DNA of 45,204 nt, from assembly GCA_963534765.1 (NCBI GenBank), contig CAUSUG010000001.1, positions 1-45,204 of the forward strand. The letters are read 5' to 3'. Positions within the stretch are counted from its first letter, which is position 1, and every line of letters begins with the position of its first letter. This DNA comes from an uncultured Oribacterium sp. Lineage in GTDB: Bacteria; Bacillota; Clostridia; Lachnospirales; Lachnospiraceae. Below the pieces are notes generated by a model that was given only the letters and a program-made list of their open reading frames with translations, had not been told where the DNA came from and did not search any database. Positions 1 through 8,634 of this stretch are shown here, in pieces. The position numbers and the translations under genes were made by a program.

Positions 1-802
1 GATAGAGCATTTCCTGCTTTTCTTTAAAATGGCTGTAGCTAAGCTTTGCCGCAAGCCCAAGTCCTGCAATACCGGGAATATTCAAGGTGCCGGATCGAAG
101 ACCGTTCTGGTGTCCTCCCCCAAGCATTAACGGAGAGAGCTTCACCTTCTCATCCACATACAAAAATCCGATACCCTTTGGTCCGTGAAGCTTATGTCCA
201 CTGACGGAAAGCAGGTCTACCATATCTCTCTTGGGACGAAGCTCCATTTTTCCATAGGCCTGAATGGCATCTGTATGGAAAAGAGTTTTAGGATTCTTTG
301 CCTTAATGCATTGTCCGATGGCGGCAATGTCCTGAACTGCTCCCATCTCGTTGTTTACCGTCATAATGGAAACCAGAATGGTATCTTCCCGAATAGCATT
401 TTCCAAATCTGTTAAAGAGATATGTCCCTTTTCATCCACCGGAAGGACCGTTAAGGAAAAGCCATGCTGCTCCAAAAACTCCAAGGGCTTATAAACCGCC
501 GGATGTTCAATGGCAGAGGTAATGATATGCTTTCCCTGTCTCTCCATACCGAAGCAGGTTCCCATAAAGGCGGTGTTGTTGGACTCCGTTCCTCCGGAAG
601 TGAAAATAATCTCTTTTTCCTTGCACTTTAAAGTGTTTGCAATGGTCTCTCTGGCCTCACGATAATAGGCTTCCGCTTCCACGCCCATCTTGTGCTTTGC
701 CGACGGGTTTGCATAGTCTGCTAACATGGTAGTAGTCATCAAATCCGCCACTTCCGGATATACCTTGGTACTGGCTGCATTATCCAAATAGATACTTCTC
801 AT
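1..802 (-). CDS. iscS: Cysteine desulfurase (IscS/NifS-like, class V PLP aminotransferase); 3' end runs off the window
   Basis: Absent from the ORF track; translated by hand. ATG at 802 after GGAAGGAG; MRSIYLDNAAST, IIFTSGGTESNN, PLP-lysine motif SVSGHKLHGPKG, LRSGTLN. Confidence 0.9.
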   Translation of the reverse strand, partial: MRSIYLDNAASTKVYPEVADLMTTTMLADYANPSAKHKMGVEAEAYYREARETIANTLKCKEKEIIFTSGGTESNNTAFMGTCFGMERQGKHIITSAIEHPAVYKPLEFLEQHGFSLTVLPVDEKGHISLTDLENAIREDTILVSIMTVNNEMGAVQDIAAIGQCIKAKNPKTLFHTDAIQAYGKMELRPKRDMVDLLSVSGHKLHGPKGIGFLYVDEKVKLSPLMLGGGHQNGLRSGTLNIPGIAGLGLAAKLSYSHFKEKQEMLY

Positions 803-820
803 CTTCTTCTCCTTCCGGTC

Positions 821-1585
821 TTACTCCGTTGTTGCATATTCCAGCTGCATCATAATCAGGCTTAATGCCGTAATGGCTGCAGTTTCTGTCCGTAAAATGC
901 GTTTTCCCAGACTGATAGGGAGGAATCCCTCTCTCATGGCTTGCTCCACCTCTTCCTTGGTAAAGCCTCCCTCCGGCCCGATACAAAGGGCAATGGAGCA
1001 GTTCTTCTTCCCTTTCACAGCTGCTTCCATCTTAGCGAGGATTTCTCTTGTGGGAATTACGCCTCTTTCATTTTCATAGGGCAAAAGCTTAAAATCACAA
1101 TCCTTCACATAGGAAAATGCTTCCTTCCAGCCCATTCCGTTTTCCATTTTTGGAAGAATAGAACGCTTACTCTGCTTTGCCGCAGAATCCATAATGCTTT
1201 GCCATCGACTGATTTTCTTCTCTTCCTTTTTTTCCTTCAGCTTCATCACCGTGTTCTTACTTTCCAAAGGAATCAGGGCGGAAATCCCCAGCTCCACCGC
1301 CTTTTGAATAATCCATTCCATCTTATCCCCCTTGGGAAGGGCTTGAAGCAGGATAAGTTTTGCAGGCAGCTCATGGGGCTCTTCTCGAAAGCAAATGGAA
1401 AGACTTGCCTCATCCTCCGAAAAGGACTGAATTTCACATTGATAATCCACCCCTTCTCCATCGGAAATCAGGATTTTCTCCCCAATTTGCCCGCGCAAAA
1501 CCTTATGTAGATGGTGAAAGTTCTCTCCTCTTAAAAGGATTTTCTCTTCCCCTATCTCTTCTTTCGACACAAAAAAATGATGCAT
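821..1585 (-). CDS. rsmE: 16S rRNA m3U1498 methyltransferase RsmE
   Basis: HHLHKVLR, KGDKMEWIIQKAVELG, IGPEGGF, LGKRILRTETA (SPOUT motifs). Confidence 0.97.
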   Translation of the reverse strand: MHHFFVSKEEIGEEKILLRGENFHHLHKVLRGQIGEKILISDGEGVDYQCEIQSFSEDEASLSICFREEPHELPAKLILLQALPKGDKMEWIIQKAVELGISALIPLESKNTVMKLKEKKEEKKISRWQSIMDSAAKQSKRSILPKMENGMGWKEAFSYVKDCDFKLLPYENERGVIPTREILAKMEAAVKGKKNCSIALCIGPEGGFTKEEVEQAMREGFLPISLGKRILRTETAAITALSLIMMQLEYATTE

Positions 1586-1699
1586 TAGTTCTTCCTTTTC
1601 TCGGAAATAATCTTAAAAACTCCTTTATCTTACAGCTTTCCGGAAAAGAATACAATCCCTCGCAAAGGAAGGGAAGAAAGTAATCTAAAGGCAGAAAAG

Positions 1700-1736
1700 A
1701 AAGCAAAGGCAGATGGCTTTTTTCTACCATCTGCCT
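1700..1736 (-). terminator. Probable intrinsic terminator after metY
   Basis: Perfect 10-bp stem AGGCAGATGG (1707-1716) / CCATCTGCCT (1727-1736); TTGCTTTCTTTT tail on the - strand. Confidence 0.65.
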
Positions 1737-1854
1737 CTTCCTTTTTACAAAGCTTTCCTCCAAGCCATGTCGGTTTATCAACCCTACTAAAAAACTTTAG
1801 TTTTTAGATTTCTTCTATAGTTTTTGCTTTTCTACTATTATAAGGAAAGCAAGC

Positions 1855-3159
1855 TTAGATTGCCTTAAATGCTTCCTCTAAGTCTTCAATAATATCCTCC
1901 ACATTTTCAATACCGATGGAAAGACGTACGGAGTTCTCCTGAATTCCCTGCTCAAGAAGCTCCTCTTTGGTTCCCTCGGAATGGGTGGTGGATGCAGGGT
2001 GAATAGCCAAAGACTTTACATCCGCAACATTTGCCAGTAAGGAGAATAACTCCAGATTATCAATGAAATCCTTAGCGGTTCTTTCATTTCCCTTTACTGT
2101 AAAGGTGAAAATAGAGCCACCGCCGTTTGGCAGGTATTTCTTATAAAGAGCCTGCTGAGCGGGATCTGTGGATGCCGCAGGATGAGAAACGGACTCTACC
2201 TTCGGATGCTTCTTTAAATATTCTACAACCTTTAAAGCATTGTCTCTATGACGCTCTACCCGAAGAGCAAGGCTCTCCAATCCCTGAATCAATACCCAAG
2301 CATTGAATGGAGAAATTGCCGCTCCCTCATCACGTATGGTAATGGCACGAAGGTAGGTTGCAATTACTGCAGGAGCTGTATCTACTGCAAAGCGCACACC
2401 GTGGTAGGAAGGGTTTGGCTCGGTAAGCCATGGCCACTTCTTGCTCTTTGCCCAGTCGAATTTTCCGGCATCTACCACAAGTCCTCCTAAGGAAGAACCG
2501 TGTCCGCCGATGAACTTTGTTGCGGAGTGCACCACGATGTCTGCACCGTACTCGATAGGACGAATCAGATAGGGGGTTGCAAAGGTATTGTCCACAATCA
2601 AGGGAAGACCATGCTTATGAGCAAGATTTGCCCAAGCCTCAATATCAATAGCATCTCCGTTTGGATTTCCTAAGGACTCAATGTAGAGTGCCTTGGTATT
2701 TTCCTGAATAGCCTTCTCCGCCTCAGCTAAGTCTGTGGGAGAAACGAAGGTAGTTTCCACACCGAACTCCGGGAAGGTATGCTTTAAGAAGTTATAGGTT
2801 CCTCCGTAAATGTTTTTCGCGCTGACAATGTGGTCTCCCTTGTGGGCAATGGCCTTAAAAGCATAAGTAACCGCTGCTGCACCGGAAGCTACAGCGAGAG
2901 CTGCTACACCGCCCTCTAAAGCCGCTACTCTGGCTTCCAAAACGCCCTGGGTGGGGTTGGTTAAACGGCCGTAAATGTTTCCGGCATTTCTTAAAGCAAA
3001 ACGGTCTGCCGCATGATCGGAATTATCGAAAACATAGGATGTGGTCTGGTAGATTGGTACCGCTCTTGCGCCGGTTGCCGGATCCGCCTGCTCCTGTCCT
3101 ACATGAATCGCCTTGGTATCAAATCCAAAATTTCTCTCGTTTCTCTTCTTAACTCCCAT
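1855..3159 (-). CDS. metY: O-acetylhomoserine sulfhydrylase (aminocarboxypropyltransferase, MetY/CysD family)
   Basis: AVPIYQTTSY, IYGRLTNPT, HSATKFIGGHG (PLP Lys), LLANVADVKSLAIHPASTTH; SD AAGGAGG. Confidence 0.95.
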   Translation of the reverse strand: MGVKKRNERNFGFDTKAIHVGQEQADPATGARAVPIYQTTSYVFDNSDHAADRFALRNAGNIYGRLTNPTQGVLEARVAALEGGVAALAVASGAAAVTYAFKAIAHKGDHIVSAKNIYGGTYNFLKHTFPEFGVETTFVSPTDLAEAEKAIQENTKALYIESLGNPNGDAIDIEAWANLAHKHGLPLIVDNTFATPYLIRPIEYGADIVVHSATKFIGGHGSSLGGLVVDAGKFDWAKSKKWPWLTEPNPSYHGVRFAVDTAPAVIATYLRAITIRDEGAAISPFNAWVLIQGLESLALRVERHRDNALKVVEYLKKHPKVESVSHPAASTDPAQQALYKKYLPNGGGSIFTFTVKGNERTAKDFIDNLELFSLLANVADVKSLAIHPASTTHSEGTKEELLEQGIQENSVRLSIGIENVEDIIEDLEEAFKAI

Positions 3160-3248
3160 TTTATTTTCCTCCTTATACTCTACACAAGCTTTCCGATGGT
3201 TTAAAACTTTTTTTCGGAATCTTTCCTTTAGCTTCTTTCTTACTGATT

Positions 3249-3324
3249 CTTGCTTACATCTTGCTACTTGCTTTTGCTTCTTTCTTTTGCTTCTTTCTTC
3301 TTATCTTGCAGAAGATTTTCTTGC
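3249..3324. repeat. Low-complexity (C/T)TTGC repeats in the metY 5' leader, including an exact 13-bp tandem
   Basis: CTTTTGCTTCTTT x2 (3271-3283, 3284-3296); five CTTGC and two TTTGC. Confidence 0.7.
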
Positions 3325-3331
3325 TGGAGCT

Positions 3332-3360
3332 ATACTAGCATTTTCTGAAATCCCTGTATA
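3332..3360 (-). promoter_or_regulatory. Candidate sigma-A extended -10 promoter for metY
   Basis: TATACA-N17-TAGTAT with TGn before the -10. Confidence 0.5.
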
Positions 3361-3382
3361 ATACAAGAGTTTTGGATTTAGT

Positions 3383-3399
3383 TATAGTTTTCATTTATA
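3383..3399. promoter_or_regulatory. Candidate LysR-family (MetR/MtaR-like) box
   Basis: TATAGTTTTCATTTATA versus streptococcal MET-box consensus TATAGTTTnAAACTATA; about 65 bp upstream of the predicted metY transcription start. Confidence 0.45.
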
Positions 3400-3501
3400 G
3401 CAAATGCTTTTATCACTGTTCCCTCTATGCCGATAAAGGTTTTCTTGTCATTAAAACATAAACATAGGAATAGCAATAGCTTCAAGTTCATGTATCGCTT
3501 C

Positions 3502-3553
3502 ATTCTGGTCTTATATTTTTCTTCTAAATTGGATATTTTTATAAGTTCAGAAT
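3502..3553 (+). promoter_or_regulatory. Candidate MocR/PdxR-type operator (two direct half-sites and one inverted)
   Basis: ATTCTGGTCTTA (3502-3513), AAATTGGATA (3526-3535), inverted TAAGTTCAGAAT (3542-3553; 10/12 to the reverse complement of the first). Confidence 0.4.
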
Positions 3554-3597
3554 TGTTCTATTCTCGATGGCAGTACATGAAATATGAGGAGGCAATT

Positions 3598-4176
3598 ATG
3601 AAGCAAAAAACACAAAAATTAACTCTTACTGCCCTATTTGCGGCATTATCTTATGCTGTATTTACCTTTTTACAGATTAAAATTCCTATCGGTGCAGATG
3701 CCACTTCTATTCATTTAGGAAATGCGGTGGTAGTCATTGCGGCACTCGTTCTGGGCGGTCCGTTAGGCGGATTTGCCGGAGCTTTGGGGATGACCATCGG
3801 TGATTTGCTGGATCCGGTTTATATCACTTATGCCCCAAAAACCTTGATTTGTAAAATGGTAATTGGTTTAATTGTAGGCTTTGTTGCCCATAAGTTAGGA
3901 AAGATTCAAGATAGCAATGACAAGTCCATAATTTTTAGATGGGTTTTACTTTCTGCCATTTGCGGACTTTTCGCCAATGTAATCCTTGACCCCAGCATCG
4001 GCTATTTTTATAAACTCTTGATTTTAGGAAAACCTGCTGCAGAACTTTCCTTCAAGATCAATCTGTTCGCTACCGGAATCAATGCCATCACTTCCACCAT
4101 CGTTTCCGTCTTTGTTTACATGGGACTCTACCCTATCCTTCGGAAGCAAAATATGGATACTTTGCGTCTCGCATAA
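3598..4176 (+). CDS. ECF transporter S component, probably vitamin B6/HMP-type (PdxU/HmpT-like)
   Basis: Start moved to ATG 3598 after GAGGAGG; 192-aa multi-TM protein, LTALFAALSY, IHLGNAVVVIAALVLGG...GMTIGDLL. Substrate is inferred. Confidence 0.85.
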   Translation: MKQKTQKLTLTALFAALSYAVFTFLQIKIPIGADATSIHLGNAVVVIAALVLGGPLGGFAGALGMTIGDLLDPVYITYAPKTLICKMVIGLIVGFVAHKLGKIQDSNDKSIIFRWVLLSAICGLFANVILDPSIGYFYKLLILGKPAAELSFKINLFATGINAITSTIVSVFVYMGLYPILRKQNMDTLRLA

Positions 4177-4274
4177 AAAACAAGATACAAAGCATCAATA
4201 TTTGCCACTATATTTTTCCATTATCCCTCCTTTGGGAAGTGCCTAACATACTCCTGAACAAGCGTTTACGCAGC

Positions 4275-4312
4275 AAAAAACTCCTCTTACCCTATCAGGT
4301 GAGGAGTTTTTT
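4275..4312. terminator. Bidirectional terminator between convergent genes
   Basis: AAAAAACTCCTC...GAGGAGTTTTTT; overlaps the TGA stop of 4295..4978. Confidence 0.75.
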
Positions 4313-4978
4313 GTTCTCAGAAAATAAATTTTTGCCCTTCTGTAAAGCCAGAGCAAGCAGTGCATTGCCAAGTAAAATCGCTATAATCCAGAAAATAGTT
4401 TTTCCTACAGACTGCTCTCGGATTTTCAGAAAGCTGTATGGGCCGGAAACCAGACCAATCCCATTTAAAATCAAAAGGGGAATCGCATACAGCAATGTTA
4501 CCCCCAGCGCCTTTCCTATGGCCGAAACAGGAAGGACTCGCTTCTCTTCCATAAAGAGAAAAAGAAATATGGAAAGGAAGGGGCAAAGCAAGTGGCTGAA
4601 AAATCTTGTTCCATCCAAAAATTCATGGGCAAATCCGTTTTCCGGTCCAAGCACTAAAAGCACCACGAAGAAGGTCAATGCCAAACACACGGAAGAAATA
4701 TAGCGGAAAAGGGAAAGGGAGGGAGGAAATGTCCAGCTTTCTCCTTTTCCTTGTAAGGCCCTACTGAGTACACCCTTTCCCGCTTGATTTTTTCTTTGTA
4801 AAAGGAAAAAGAGCATAAACGCCGAACTGATTCCGCAAAGCAGGTTGGAATCGGTCGTATAGAAACGAAAGGTTCCCAGTCCGTCATCCTGCAATCCGTG
4901 CAATACTACAATACACTCCAACAGTAGCAAAACAAAATGCCCCAGCATTAATCCCTTTTCTCCGGTCTTTTTTTCCAT
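4295..4978 (-). CDS. Integral membrane protein, Pr6Pr/FAR-17a-like
   Basis: About 6 TM segments; FRFYTTDSNLL, SHLLCP, GPYSFL motifs resemble the Pr6Pr family. Confidence 0.7.
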   Translation of the reverse strand: MEKKTGEKGLMLGHFVLLLLECIVVLHGLQDDGLGTFRFYTTDSNLLCGISSAFMLFFLLQRKNQAGKGVLSRALQGKGESWTFPPSLSLFRYISSVCLALTFFVVLLVLGPENGFAHEFLDGTRFFSHLLCPFLSIFLFLFMEEKRVLPVSAIGKALGVTLLYAIPLLILNGIGLVSGPYSFLKIREQSVGKTIFWIIAILLGNALLALALQKGKNLFSENKKLLT

Positions 4979-4987
4979 CCCTTACCC

Positions 4988-5095
4988 TTTCTATTTTTCG
5001 CTTATCTATTCCGGGAATTTCCATTTCTCTTTTTCGCTGATCTATTTAGAGAATTTTCATTTCCCATTTTAGCTTTTCCATACCAAAGCTATTTG
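4988..5095. repeat. Degenerate 36-bp tandem repeat, about 3 copies, no spacers
   Basis: 4988-5023 versus 5024-5059 identical at 30/36 positions; third copy (5060-5095) decayed. Confidence 0.75.
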
Positions 5096-5118
5096 ATTGC
5101 TTCCCCTTCTTCTCCTTA

Positions 5119-6066
5119 CTAGCAAAGATACAGAACACCCGCATCAAAGGAATCGCAGTCCTTCACTCCGGTATACATCATCATTTCCCGAAGCTCCTCC
5201 TGCATATTTTCTACCTTGGAAATCACGCCCTCTGCCCCATGGGAAAGGAGGGGTTGCAGAATTCCCCGACCCACGGAAACCGCATCTGCCCCTAAAGCCA
5301 AGGCCTTATAGGCATCATAGCCGGTATCCATACTGCAATCCACGAAAATCTGCATCTTGCTGTCCCCTAAAGCCTCCTTGATTTTCGGTAAAATCTGTAG
5401 TGGGGCAATGCCGAAGGGAAGTCTACCATGATGGTGGGAAACCACGATGGCGGTACAGCCTGCTTCCTTTGCCTTCAGCGCATCCTGAACGGAAAGCACG
5501 CCCTTTGCCACAAAGGGTAGCTTGGCATAGGCTACAAAGTCCGCTAAATCCTTGCTAAACACCGGTCCCATGGGGATTCCGTCTACCACATCATAACGGC
5601 CGTCTGTTCCCGGCACGTGGTCAATGTCGATTCCTACTGCCACAGATCCCTGCTCTCTTGCAAAGTCTATTTCCTCCCGTATTCTTCCATGATCCGCAAA
5701 GGGCTTGATAATCCGCACTGTATCGGGATTTTTAGCAACAATCTTGCCATAATCTTCATTGTCTTCCATCCCTACCCAGTTAAGCGCATTTAATTCCTTT
5801 GCCGCTAAAGCATACTCCTCCATAGGGGTTCTTCCATTTTCCAGTACCTTGTTCAAGTGGGAAAATGCCGGCATCATAATAGGGGAGGCATATTTCTTTC
5901 CAAAAATCTCCTTCTCCAAGGAAACCTCAGTACTGTCAATCACCCGCATTTCCACATGGATTCGATCCAGATAGGCTCTGTTGTATCGATTGGCATCCTC
6001 TGCATTTCCGCTGGTCACCGGAATCACTCCCGGTCTTCCCGGCCATGGGCTATTGTTCATTTCCAT
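5119..6066 (-). CDS. FMN-dependent alpha-hydroxy-acid oxidase/dehydrogenase family protein
   Basis: SPIMMPAF, LPFVAKGVLSVQDA, VVSHHHGR (cf. SNHGGR), KALALGADAVSVGR. Confidence 0.88.
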   Translation of the reverse strand: MEMNNSPWPGRPGVIPVTSGNAEDANRYNRAYLDRIHVEMRVIDSTEVSLEKEIFGKKYASPIMMPAFSHLNKVLENGRTPMEEYALAAKELNALNWVGMEDNEDYGKIVAKNPDTVRIIKPFADHGRIREEIDFAREQGSVAVGIDIDHVPGTDGRYDVVDGIPMGPVFSKDLADFVAYAKLPFVAKGVLSVQDALKAKEAGCTAIVVSHHHGRLPFGIAPLQILPKIKEALGDSKMQIFVDCSMDTGYDAYKALALGADAVSVGRGILQPLLSHGAEGVISKVENMQEELREMMMYTGVKDCDSFDAGVLYLC

Positions 6067-6130
6067 AAAAATCTCCTTTCAAAATCACCATTGATAAACA
6101 TATGCTTTTATATCGCCTTTTTACCTTAGC

Positions 6131-6178
6131 GTTCGGCTTTTACCGAGTTCGGCTTTTACCGATTCCGGTATTTACCCT
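6131..6178. repeat. 16-bp tandem repeat of mini-palindromic units
   Basis: GTTCGGCTTTTACCGA x2 exact plus TTCCGGTATTTACCCT; unit contains TCGG-N6-CCGA. Confidence 0.8.
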
Positions 6179-6223
6179 TTAGAAAAATTCTATTCTTCCC
6201 CATACGTAGCGTCCTCCAAGCTT

Positions 6224-7168
6224 CTACGCTACCGGATAGAATAAAACCAAAAGGGCATAGGCGGCAAGGGCAATCAACAAAAATAGGGAAATAAAGGCGG
6301 AAACGAATTCCTCCTGTTCCTCCTTTTGTAAAAGCCCTTTAATCTGTAAAGGTACAGGAAATCCTGTAGGACAAAGGAAATACAGAATAACACCGAAGGA
6401 AAAAATTCGATTCTGCATTTGCTCCTTAAAAAGCAGGAAGAACAACAGAATAATGCTTCCGCAGAACAAAAGACGGATTCCTGCCAAAGTAAACAGAGAC
6501 GCTAAAAATCCCTTGTGCAGCCTCATGCTGTAGCCCAGGCTAAACAATATCAGAGAGCCGATGGGAACGGTCAACGTTTCCATGGTATTGTCAAAAACAG
6601 CCTTTAGACCTGCATTTTGCATAAGGACTTGATGCAAACCGCTGGCATTCATGAATACTCCGAAAAGCACCGCAAGGATAAAGGAGCTGGTAAATATTTT
6701 CCTGGCAAAGGGTAAAAGCTTCCGTTCTCCAATACTTTTATTCATTAAAATCAAGGGCACAAAGATAAAGTTAATCAGGATTCCCGCGATATCAAAGGGA
6801 ATCAAATTGGCGGTATAGCTCTTTCCCACCACGCTGATATACAAGGGCAGTGCTACTGCCCCGCCTTCGCAGGTTAAGCACAGGAAGGGAGCAATTTCCT
6901 GAAAGTCTCTCGGTAAAAGCTTGGAAAGTTGTCCTCCCAGAAAGTAAACCAGCATCCAGATAAAAATCAAAAAAATGATTTCTAAAAACACGCCCTTTTC
7001 CAGATTTGTTTCCACCATAACCTGATAAATCAGGAAAGGAAACAAGATATCCAACGCAATTCTTTTTGCTCCCTCATTTTGTTCGTGGCTAATCCAAGCT
7101 CTTCTTCTGGCGTGACCTCCCAAAAATAGTAGGAAGAACACCGGAAATATCACAGAAACTGCTGCCAT
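6224..7168 (-). CDS. AEC (auxin efflux carrier / malate permease) family transporter
   Basis: 314 aa, about 10 TM; VIFPVFFLLFLG, ILFPFLIY, GAVALPLY, LILFSLG; SD AAGGAGG. Confidence 0.85.
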   Translation of the reverse strand: MAAVSVIFPVFFLLFLGGHARRRAWISHEQNEGAKRIALDILFPFLIYQVMVETNLEKGVFLEIIFLIFIWMLVYFLGGQLSKLLPRDFQEIAPFLCLTCEGGAVALPLYISVVGKSYTANLIPFDIAGILINFIFVPLILMNKSIGERKLLPFARKIFTSSFILAVLFGVFMNASGLHQVLMQNAGLKAVFDNTMETLTVPIGSLILFSLGYSMRLHKGFLASLFTLAGIRLLFCGSIILLFFLLFKEQMQNRIFSFGVILYFLCPTGFPVPLQIKGLLQKEEQEEFVSAFISLFLLIALAAYALLVLFYPVA

Positions 7169-7233
7169 TTTCCCTCCTTGTTTTATAAAAGCCTAAAGGC
7201 TCTTGTTTTCGTTCCATTGAAAATTTCCAGCTT

Positions 7234-7262
7234 ATCATATGCTTTACCTTAAAAAAATGCAA
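7234..7262 (-). promoter_or_regulatory. Sigma-A promoter for the AEC transporter unit
   Basis: TTGCAT-N17-TATGAT. Confidence 0.65.
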
Positions 7263-7270
7263 GTATATGT

Positions 7271-7310
7271 AAAAAAGGAAGAGCCGCTGCACAATGCAGA
7301 ACGGCTCTTC
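7271..7310 (-). terminator. Intrinsic terminator after glyA
   Basis: GAAGAGCCG/CGGCTCTTC stem with inner CTGCA/TGCAG; T6 tail on the - strand. Confidence 0.8.
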
Positions 7311-7349
7311 GTATAACTTTCTTTCTTTATTTTTTAAAGTAAGGCAGTC

Positions 7350-8606
7350 TTACTTTCCTTCATAAATAGGATGTGCATCGGTTAATGCTTTCACCCTTCT
7401 AGCCACTTCTTCCTTGCTGCTTTCGAAGTCTGTAGCTACCTTATAGAGACACTCTGCAATCTCCTTCATATCCTCTTCTTTAAAACCGCGGACAGTAACT
7501 GCGGGAGTTCCGATTCTTACACCGGAGGTTAAGAATGGAGAACGGGGATCATTGGGAATTGCATTCTTATTTAGTGTGATGTGCACTTCATCACAAGCAT
7601 TCTGCAGGAACTTTCCGGTAACATCCTGGAAGTTGGTTAAATCCACCAGCATTAAGTGGTTCTCCGTTCCGCCGGATACCAGCTGGAATCCCTTGTCCAG
7701 CATAGCTGCAGCCAATGCCTTCGCATTCTTCGCTACCTGCTGCTGATATTCTTTATACTCCGGCTTTAAAGCTTCCCCAAAGCAAACTGCCTTAGACGCA
7801 ATTACGTGCTCTAAAGGTCCGCCCTGCACACCGGGGAATACGAACTTATTGAAGTTGTACTTCTCTGCTACTTCTTTACTGGATAAAATCAAACCGCCAC
7901 GAGGTCCTCTTAAAGTCTTATGGGTAGTTGTGGTAGTAACATGAGCATAAGGAATCGGGCTTGGATGCACGCCTGCTGCAACGAGACCTGCAATATGTGC
8001 CATATCTACAAAAAGGATTGCGCCGCAAGCATCGGCAATCTCACGGAAACGCTTAAAGTCAATGACCCTTGGATATGCGGAGGCACCGGCAATAATCATC
8101 TTTGGCTTTTCTTTTAAAGCAATCTCCATTACCGCATCATAGTCAATATAGCCTTCTTTGGTAATTCCATAAGGAATGATATTATAGTAAAGTCCCGAGA
8201 AGTTTACGGGTGAACCATGGGTTAAATGACCGCCGGCATCCAAACTCATCCCCATAATCTTGTCTCCGGGCTTACAGATTGCCATGGTAACTGCCATATT
8301 GGCCTGTGCACCGGAGTGGGGTTGAACGTTTGCATATTCACAATGGAATAATTCTTTAGCTCTTTCGATAGCAATAGCTTCTACTACGTCTACGGCTTCA
8401 CAGCCTCCGTAATAACGCTTTCCGGGATATCCCTCCGCATACTTGTTGGTTAATACGGTTCCCATAGCCAACATTGCGGTAGTGGAAACAATATTCTCAG
8501 AAGCAATCAACTCGATGTTGTTTTGCTGTCTTTCATACTCTTCCCAGATTCCCTTCCCCACCTCAGGGTCATGTTCTTGAATAAAATTCATGATTTCTTT
8601 GATCAT
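7350..8606 (-). CDS. glyA: Serine hydroxymethyltransferase
   Basis: [43 protein letters not shown]. Confidence 0.99.
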   Translation of the reverse strand: MIKEIMNFIQEHDPEVGKGIWEEYERQQNNIELIASENIVSTTAMLAMGTVLTNKYAEGYPGKRYYGGCEAVDVVEAIAIERAKELFHCEYANVQPHSGAQANMAVTMAICKPGDKIMGMSLDAGGHLTHGSPVNFSGLYYNIIPYGITKEGYIDYDAVMEIALKEKPKMIIAGASAYPRVIDFKRFREIADACGAILFVDMAHIAGLVAAGVHPSPIPYAHVTTTTTHKTLRGPRGGLILSSKEVAEKYNFNKFVFPGVQGGPLEHVIASKAVCFGEALKPEYKEYQQQVAKNAKALAAAMLDKGFQLVSGGTENHLMLVDLTNFQDVTGKFLQNACDEVHITLNKNAIPNDPRSPFLTSGVRIGTPAVTVRGFKEEDMKEIAECLYKVATDFESSKEEVARRVKALTDAHPIYEGK

Positions 8607-8634
8607 TCACGCCTCCTTTTCATCTGAATATTCC

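Noticed and set aside
3160..3430. SAM/S-box or T-box riboswitch upstream of metY
   Set aside because: No ATCAAGAG/GGCAACC S-box core, no GGTGGNACC T-box, no terminator; the leader is low-complexity
4988..5095. 36-bp repeats as a CRISPR array
   Set aside because: Units are contiguous with no unique spacers, are degenerate, and no cas genes are present
8607..8634. ZTP or glycine riboswitch upstream of glyA
   Set aside because: Only 28 bp separate recJ and glyA
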